IMG/VR virus record: IMGVR_UViG_3300032893_000045
Coordinates: 1 to 61,455 of that record
Length of the DNA: 61,455 bases
DNA from: a virus
Lineage: Duplodnaviria; Caudoviricetes
Reading direction: 5' to 3' (one strand)
Positions 55,165-61,455 of this stretch are shown one piece after another. The notes beneath the pieces are model-generated. The model did not search any database. It was not told where the DNA came from and saw only the letters and a program-made list of their open reading frames with translations. The translations under genes and the position numbers were made by a program. Position 1 is the first letter of the stretch; every line of letters begins with the position of its first letter.

Positions 55165-56019
55165 ATGCCGAGGAAGAAGCTGTCGGACCGGACGCGGATG
55201 TACGTGATCGTGTGGCCCGGCGACGAGGACCTCCAGCTTCAGTTCGACGGGGAGCTCTTCTGGGTGCCGAGCCGCGACCACTCCGCGGACCCGCGAGACC
55301 GATCGAAGCACTGGCGGATGCCCTCCGCCACGACGCCGAAGGGCGAGTTCATCCCCGGGACGATCGTGGTGAAGGACGAGTATGCCGTCATCGACGGCAA
55401 CCGCATCAAGCGCTTCGACGCCTACGAGATGGTCACCCACCTCGAGAGCGTCTCCGGCGAGAAGGTGACGCAGCGGGGACTGGCCGTCGTCGAAAGCTGG
55501 GACGAGGTCGCGGAAGCGATGGCCGAGGGGCGTCCGCTCTACGAAGCCTCGCGCGACCGCGAAGCCGAGAAGTACCTCCAGGACGAGCTCGCCCGGCGCG
55601 CGGAGTTGCAGCGGATGGGCCAGCCGGTCATGCCGTCCTCGTCGGAGCCGAAGGTGAAGTGGGCCATCGCCCATCTCCAGAGCCGCGGCCTGAGCCGCCT
55701 CTCGGCGATCGAGACTGACGCGATCCGCGCTGCCCTGTCGGGGAATGCCGCGCCCGCCGGTCCCGCCGTGCCGCGGCCGCCGATCGCTCCCGCGACTCCG
55801 GTGGCGGCGGAGTTGGCATCGGCCGAGGAGATCTTCGAGCAGGCCGCCAACGTCGGGCTGACTCTCAAGAAGCCTGAGCTCGAGGGACTCCTGCGGGGAG
55901 ACGTCGAGACGCGGAAGGCCATCGCGGAACAGATCAAGAAGCGGACCGAAGACGTCCTGGGGGCGGTCAAGGCCGCCGGGACGGACACGCAGGACGAGGG
56001 CGCTCCGGCAAGCGCCTGA
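55165..56019 (+). CDS. Hypothetical protein
   Basis: AAGGA RBS. Confidence 0.6.
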   Translation: MPRKKLSDRTRMYVIVWPGDEDLQLQFDGELFWVPSRDHSADPRDRSKHWRMPSATTPKGEFIPGTIVVKDEYAVIDGNRIKRFDAYEMVTHLESVSGEKVTQRGLAVVESWDEVAEAMAEGRPLYEASRDREAEKYLQDELARRAELQRMGQPVMPSSSEPKVKWAIAHLQSRGLSRLSAIETDAIRAALSGNAAPAGPAVPRPPIAPATPVAAELASAEEIFEQAANVGLTLKKPELEGLLRGDVETRKAIAEQIKKRTEDVLGAVKAAGTDTQDEGAPASA

Positions 56020-56035
56020 AGCCGGGGAGGGGTCG

Positions 56036-56773
56036 GTGCTGTGTAGCGAGGTCATCGACTACCAGATCACCTTCATCGACAGCACCGGAGCGGATCCCGA
56101 CGAGGACGAGAACCGCCGGAGCCGCCACCTCTTCAACCTGAAGGTCGGCGTCAACACGATCCGCCACCATCGGGATTGGGCCTTCGCGCGCACCTCGGCC
56201 AGCCTGACCCTCGTAGACGGCTCCGTGAAGCTCCCCGACGACTTCCTCCAGATCGGGAAGTACGGCGGCCTCTTCAACACGAGCGAGGGCGGCTTCGAGA
56301 TGCTGGAGGAGCCGGAGACCACGATCAACCAGATCAGAAACTCCGGCCAGGAGAACACGGCGGTCTTTGCCATCTTCGGCTCGGACGAGGGGACGAGGCA
56401 CGTCCCGGCCGGAGAGAACAACAACCCACCGGAGGTCGTCGCGGTCCCCCCGGCGCGGCTGATCCAGGTCCCCACGAACACGCAGCTCGTCCTGATGCTG
56501 AGCTACATCGCCAAGACCCCCGACCTCGCAGACTCGGCAGTCCATGGCGGGGACGATCTACTGGACCAGAACCTCGAGCGCGCGATTCCGCTCGAGTACC
56601 ACGAGACCGTCGTCCTGCCGTATTGCAGCGCGAAAGCGCGCGAATCGAAGGGCGACGCCCGGTGGAAGAACGACCAGGCCGCCTTCATGCTCGGCCTCCA
56701 GTCTATGCTCCGCACCTGCCGGCGATCCCAAGGGACCGTGCGGCAGTTGCCCTCCTTCTTCGGCCGGAGATAG
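56036..56773 (+). CDS. Head-tail adaptor
   Basis: WAF..LPDDF..Y..P.L..IP.EYH pattern of podovirus adaptors; position. Confidence 0.7.
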   Translation: MLCSEVIDYQITFIDSTGADPDEDENRRSRHLFNLKVGVNTIRHHRDWAFARTSASLTLVDGSVKLPDDFLQIGKYGGLFNTSEGGFEMLEEPETTINQIRNSGQENTAVFAIFGSDEGTRHVPAGENNNPPEVVAVPPARLIQVPTNTQLVLMLSYIAKTPDLADSAVHGGDDLLDQNLERAIPLEYHETVVLPYCSAKARESKGDARWKNDQAAFMLGLQSMLRTCRRSQGTVRQLPSFFGRR

Positions 56774-56776
56774 CCC

Positions 56777-58231
56777 GTGCCGATCGAACAGAGCGACGAG
56801 GGAATCAAGCCCTTCCAGGTACGCCCCGGCGTGGGCGAGATGCCCAACTGGGGAGGGATGTTCCGCCGCGGCGACCCGTCGCGGATCCCGCCCAATCGCT
56901 TTCACGCGCTCTTGAACGTCCGCTGGGAGCACAGCGAGCTTCAGTCTCGTCCCGGCCTCGCGAAGTCAGCGGACTCCGGGCCCCAGATGGACGCCTGTAT
57001 CACGGGCCTCGCGGACCTCGACGACGCGGAAGGGGCGGGGACGGCCGTTCACCTCGACCTCGTGCAACTCGACTCGACCAGCCCCAGCCGGTACGGCCTC
57101 TACGGCGCCGGCACCGTCACGGCGTTCAACGAGGACCAGGACCCTCCCGCGCACGCCTACTGGCAGACCGACGCCCTGACGCGCAACACCGTGCCCGCGA
57201 AGCGCTCGGCCCAGAGTCTCGTCCCGACGAGCCGCGCGATCTACGCCTTTCGCGGGAAGCAGTACGCGATGTGCGACCAGCCGATCTCTGGCGGAAGCGA
57301 CACCATCGGCTACCTGTTCGAGGTCACCTACTCCTTCGACGGTGGGGTGCCGCGAGTCGACCTCGCCTTCGCTCTCGATCCAGACGAGGCGACGAACGGG
57401 CACGTCATCGACGGCTGCGTGCGCTCGGAGCGCGCGGACGACTCTCAGACGGGAACGCGCATCGTCGGGGACGCCCTCTACCTCACGACCGATCAGGGGA
57501 AGATCCTGCGATGGGACGGCACGACGCTCTCCGTCGAGCACACGATGGCGTCCGCAACTCCGACTCACGTCATCACCCACAAGGGGCAGATCCTCTTCGC
57601 TGCCGCTGACGGGGCCGGCGGCTACGCCTACCAACTCGCCGCGGGAGGCGCGTGGGTCGACGGGACCTGGCCGGTTCCGACAGCCGGCGGCACGATCCAG
57701 ATTTCGGGACTGGCCGACTGGCTCAACCGAGTCACGATCGTCTCCTGGAGCAAGAACGGCGAGCCCGATGCGTCTCACCACGGAGACCTCTTCTACTGGG
57801 ACGCTGGCACGCCGGCGGTGGTGACACAGTTCTTCGACGGCGCCGCCGTTGCGCCCGACCCGGTTCGTCTGCTGGGTCAGGCGATCGTCGTCTCTGGGGA
57901 GCTCTACGTGGTCGGACGCCAGGTCAGCGGGACCGCCGGGCTCGTGCTCCGGGCGACGAGTTACGCTGATCCCAACCCGACCTGGTACAGCCCAGAGACC
58001 CAGTTCGACCCCTACGTCGCGATGGCCCTCGACAACCGCCTCGTCTTCTGGTCGCGGTGGGACGGGGAGGAATCCGTCTACCTCTACGAAGGGCTCCGCG
58101 CCCTGATCCCGGGCGAGATCGCTCTCGTGGAGGAGATTCTCCGCTGGGATCTTCCCTCGGACGTGCACAGCTACTTCAGCCCCAAGGGCAACTTCACTCC
58201 GCTTCGCCACCCTGAGATCTGGACGATCTAG
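56777..58231 (+). CDS. Tail protein (beta-propeller/nozzle-like)
   Basis: WGGM..P..IP.N..NV..L.SRPG, an N-terminal motif typical of nozzle proteins. Confidence 0.6.
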   Translation: MPIEQSDEGIKPFQVRPGVGEMPNWGGMFRRGDPSRIPPNRFHALLNVRWEHSELQSRPGLAKSADSGPQMDACITGLADLDDAEGAGTAVHLDLVQLDSTSPSRYGLYGAGTVTAFNEDQDPPAHAYWQTDALTRNTVPAKRSAQSLVPTSRAIYAFRGKQYAMCDQPISGGSDTIGYLFEVTYSFDGGVPRVDLAFALDPDEATNGHVIDGCVRSERADDSQTGTRIVGDALYLTTDQGKILRWDGTTLSVEHTMASATPTHVITHKGQILFAAADGAGGYAYQLAAGGAWVDGTWPVPTAGGTIQISGLADWLNRVTIVSWSKNGEPDASHHGDLFYWDAGTPAVVTQFFDGAAVAPDPVRLLGQAIVVSGELYVVGRQVSGTAGLVLRATSYADPNPTWYSPETQFDPYVAMALDNRLVFWSRWDGEESVYLYEGLRALIPGEIALVEEILRWDLPSDVHSYFSPKGNFTPLRHPEIWTI

Positions 58232-58236
58232 AGAAG

Positions 58237-60675
58237 ATGGCCCTCCTCTACGCCCGCACCTACGAGCGCTTCCAGCCGGGCAGCGGGAGCTACGCGACGG
58301 ACCTCGTCTCGTCGAGCGGGAAGGTCTGGAGCGACGACTACTGGGTGACGCAAGGGATCCTCTCGACGGGCCGACCGCCGATCATGATCCCGTACCGCGG
58401 AGACACGTACATCGTCGGCGCCTACTCGCGCGTCCTCGTTCGCCAGAAGCAGACGCGGAGCATGGTGCCGGCGGGGATCAAGCCCCCTCCGCTCGAGATC
58501 GCTGTCGTCGAAGGGGCCGACACCGGGGGCTCGACAGGGGCCGCCCTCTGCTTCACGACGTTTCTCCACAAGGAAGGCGACGCCGTCCTGGCCGAATCCG
58601 AGCGCAGCAACATCGTCGAGCTCGACGGCATGACGGGCAAGGGCTACGTCTGGAGCAACCTCAACGCGCCACACGAGAAGCGCGTCACGCACATCCGCGG
58701 CTACCGTTCGATGGATGGCGCCGACTACGCCCTCGCCTGGGAGGCTCCGGTCGGGATCAGCACGATCACGGAGAACGTCCTCACCCAGAACCTCCTCCAG
58801 ATCGCGCCGGACATCGACCAGCGGTGGATCCCTCCGACCGGGCTCTTCTACGGCGTCGAGTTCGCGGGCTCGATGTGGTACGCGCGCAACGCGCAGTACC
58901 CGCATCGGCTCTGGCGCTCCGTCCCAGGCTATCCGCAGTACGTGGACCCGAACAACTACGGCGACACGCTGGGCCGGGAGACGATCACCGCCATCGCGCG
59001 CACGCCAGGCCAGGAGCTCATCGTCTTCTGCGTCGACCGCAGCTACATCGTCCGGATCACAGGGGACGGCGATTCGGACTGGAGGCTGGACCGCCTCGAC
59101 TCGTCCGTCGGCTGCATCAACAACCGCGGCATCGTCGAGATCCATCGGCGCTTGTGGTTCCCCGGACTCGAGGGCTTCTGGACGTGGGACAACTCCACGT
59201 TTCACTTCATGGGTCACGACATCAAGCCCTTCTGGGTCGAGGACCGGAAGGAGAATGCACTCGCCTTCGGGACCGGATTCGCCATCGACGACCGCGAGGG
59301 AAAGAACCTGCTCTTCTTCACTCCTCGGAGGCCGGCGAGCCTGCTCGAGGGCGACCGCTGCGGGACCGTCGTCTACGTCGCCGCCTACGAGGACTGCGAG
59401 CCGGCGATGGGCGGCCAGGAGGATCAGCCTGTCTGGTCGCTCGACAACTACGGGCGTCGCGCATCGGCGGCGCTCTACGACGCCAACGGCAACATTCAGA
59501 TCGGCTGGTGCGACGGCGAGATCCGCAATCCTGATCCGACGAACGGCGACGACGATGGAGACCCACTTGGCAAGGACGGCCTGATCCGGCACGGCGTCAT
59601 GTACTTCAACACGCCCGGAGACGACCCAGAGGGAGGCGGGAAGAAGCTACAGCGCTTCTGGGCCCACGTCGAAAGCGAGGCGACGCCGTGGGTCCTCAAC
59701 CTCCTCATGGGGGACGAGCAGGTCTACCGCCAGATGGCGCCCGACAACGACCGCTTCTTCTGGCGCCGCGCGGTCGCGGCCTCGCGCTACATCACGACGA
59801 AGGTCATCGACGGGGTGACGAAGGTCCTCCAGTCGCTTCCCAAGGGGACGCACTACTGGGCTGACATCGAGAAGCTCTCAGGAAGCGGCCTCTGCGTCGG
59901 GCTGCGCTTCCCCGGCGCCATCGGCCTCGCCTACCGGGGCTACGGGGGCACGTACTCGCCGAGCCGCTCGTCGAGGCCGCAGGAGTTCGAGACCGGCTTC
60001 ACGATGCTCTTCCAGTGGCGCATCCTCGGCGAATCCGAGTGGCGAGAGCTCCCCTTCCAGGGCCTCATGAGGTCCGCGACCTTCCCGTACATCCTCGAGA
60101 TGAGGATCACAGCCACCTACACCTACGGACCCGAAGCCTCCCCGATCACCTACTCGCTCAGTTGGAGCGGAACCGGCGCCCCGGCCGGGACCAACTCGAC
60201 GCTCGCCTCGCCCGCCTACGAGGAGATCGTGCAGTATCCGTTGGGAGGGGACCAGAGAGCGTTCGGCAGATGGAACCTCTCGGGGACGGATGCGGCGGGG
60301 CTCGCGGCGCAGATCGACGGGCCGGTGGACCTCTCCGCCTGGGAGATCCTCCTCGAGTACCAGGTCGACGGAAGCGGATGGTCGCTCCTCGACCTTTCTC
60401 TCGCGCAGGCCGTCGGTGTTGGGCTGGGCCACACGCTGAGCCTGCGCTACCGGGTCTACGGGACCAACCTGCCGCTGACGCTCGAGATCGTCGGCTACGA
60501 GGACGGGAGCTACCTGGCCTCAGTCGACGTCGAAGCGGCCGGGGCCTCGGGGACGACCTACGGGGACTACGACGAGGTCTTCAGCGTCGCGGGGGAGTAC
60601 CAGGTCACGGGGACGTTGACGGACAGCCAGGGGCGCACGATCGAGCGAGCAGTCACGGTCGTCGTCACGCCGTAG
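58237..60675 (+). CDS. Tail nozzle/stabilisation protein (P22 gp10-like) with Ig-like C-terminal extension
   Basis: RLWRS..P; ITAI; LIVF; VGCI..I; GF..WD; beta-rich C-terminus. Confidence 0.7.
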   Translation: MALLYARTYERFQPGSGSYATDLVSSSGKVWSDDYWVTQGILSTGRPPIMIPYRGDTYIVGAYSRVLVRQKQTRSMVPAGIKPPPLEIAVVEGADTGGSTGAALCFTTFLHKEGDAVLAESERSNIVELDGMTGKGYVWSNLNAPHEKRVTHIRGYRSMDGADYALAWEAPVGISTITENVLTQNLLQIAPDIDQRWIPPTGLFYGVEFAGSMWYARNAQYPHRLWRSVPGYPQYVDPNNYGDTLGRETITAIARTPGQELIVFCVDRSYIVRITGDGDSDWRLDRLDSSVGCINNRGIVEIHRRLWFPGLEGFWTWDNSTFHFMGHDIKPFWVEDRKENALAFGTGFAIDDREGKNLLFFTPRRPASLLEGDRCGTVVYVAAYEDCEPAMGGQEDQPVWSLDNYGRRASAALYDANGNIQIGWCDGEIRNPDPTNGDDDGDPLGKDGLIRHGVMYFNTPGDDPEGGGKKLQRFWAHVESEATPWVLNLLMGDEQVYRQMAPDNDRFFWRRAVAASRYITTKVIDGVTKVLQSLPKGTHYWADIEKLSGSGLCVGLRFPGAIGLAYRGYGGTYSPSRSSRPQEFETGFTMLFQWRILGESEWRELPFQGLMRSATFPYILEMRITATYTYGPEASPITYSLSWSGTGAPAGTNSTLASPAYEEIVQYPLGGDQRAFGRWNLSGTDAAGLAAQIDGPVDLSAWEILLEYQVDGSGWSLLDLSLAQAVGVGLGHTLSLRYRVYGTNLPLTLEIVGYEDGSYLASVDVEAAGASGTTYGDYDEVFSVAGEYQVTGTLTDSQGRTIERAVTVVVTP

Positions 60676-60699
60676 AATAGGCGGCAGGAGGAGGGAGCT

Positions 60700-61422
60700 A
60701 TGTCGAGCGCCGTTCCTGGGATCCGGATTCCGGGGATCTCCCGCACTCCCGACCAGGGCGGGGGTTGGTCGACGAACTCCAACGGCGGCGTGGTGCGGCC
60801 GCTTCCGCCGGGACAGCAGGGGCCACCAGGAGCTCCCCCGAATCCTTTCGCCACCGGAGCTTCGGCCACCAGCGGTCTCGGTGGCGGCTCCGCTCTCGTT
60901 CCCGCGGCGGTCAGCAAGATCAACGTCACCGGCACCGCTCCGAAGGAGCTCACCGACTACGCCGCGCAGTACGAGCAGCACCTCAAGGACCTCGAGGCCG
61001 GCAAGACCCGAGAGGCGGACGTCTACGCGAGCGGGCTCAACTCCGACATCGAGCGCCAGATCGCGACCGCCCGCCAGCAGGCCGCCAGCGAGGGGCGTCC
61101 CTTCAACGAGGCCGCGATGCGGGCCGAGCTCACCCGGGGCAAGAACAGCGGCATGGCGCAGTTCGAGTTGGGCTCCCAGCAGCAGGCGACGTCGGCTCTT
61201 CAGGGCGGCCTGCCGATCATGCAGGCTCCCGAAAACGCCTCGCTCGCCGAGAAGAACCTCTCGCTCGACACCCAGAAGGAGCTCCTCGACTACGCCCTCG
61301 GCAGGGGCCAGTTGGGGGTCGACGAGCAGCGCAACGAAGTGATGGCGGCGACGTCGGCGCAGAACGCCTACACGCAGATGTTGGCGACGCTCGCCAACAT
61401 GGCGAACTCCTACTCGTACTGA
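60700..61422 (+). CDS. Putative ejection/pilot protein, 240 aa
   Basis: GGAGGAGGG RBS; Gly/Ala/Gln-rich helical protein; follows the nozzle gene. Confidence 0.65.
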   Translation: MSSAVPGIRIPGISRTPDQGGGWSTNSNGGVVRPLPPGQQGPPGAPPNPFATGASATSGLGGGSALVPAAVSKINVTGTAPKELTDYAAQYEQHLKDLEAGKTREADVYASGLNSDIERQIATARQQAASEGRPFNEAAMRAELTRGKNSGMAQFELGSQQQATSALQGGLPIMQAPENASLAEKNLSLDTQKELLDYALGRGQLGVDEQRNEVMAATSAQNAYTQMLATLANMANSYSY

Positions 61423-61455
61423 GGGGGCCAAGATGGGATCGCTCAACAGCACCTA
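61329..61455. repeat. Terminal direct repeat, copy 2
   Basis: Identical to 1-127; the gene at 60700-61422 runs through it. Confidence 0.95.

Noticed and set aside
1-61455. tRNA genes or genetic-code reassignment
   Set aside because: No cloverleaf with a T-loop was noticed by eye (tRNAscan not run), and core genes are intact under the standard code with TAG, TGA and TAA stops.

Overview
The window is a complete, circularly permuted double-stranded DNA phage genome. Bases 1-127 are repeated exactly at 61329-61455, giving about 61,328 bp of unique sequence that is very GC-rich and read with the standard code. The + arm (about 36.7 kb through the end and on to 14.8 kb) carries lysis and envelope genes, terminase, a P22-like portal, GroES, scaffold, major capsid, adaptor and nozzle genes, ejection proteins (one of 2403 aa), a Ser/Ala/Asn-rich fibre, and a Maf-like transferase/methyltransferase plus radical SAM cassette. 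The - arm (14.8-36.6 kb) carries RecE/RecT-like recombination genes, an SMC-like ATPase, a DNA methyltransferase, a lambdoid-style replication initiator, a RuvC-like resolvase, an HNH nuclease, an Acb2/Tad1-like protein, a SpoVG-like protein, a serine recombinase and many small genes. No tape measure, sheath or DNA polymerase gene was seen, which points to a podovirus-like virion. The strongest novel candidates are: (1) a fibre-modification (glycosylation) cassette; (2) a ~480-nt highly base-paired non-coding RNA upstream of the scaffold/capsid operon; (3) a C-terminal peptide motif shared by four unrelated small virion-module proteins; (4) Sec-signal-bearing proteins inside the capsid module; (5) a recurring extended -35 promoter motif together with an HTH-sigma4 fusion protein. 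All family assignments come from motif recognition by eye; no searches were run.
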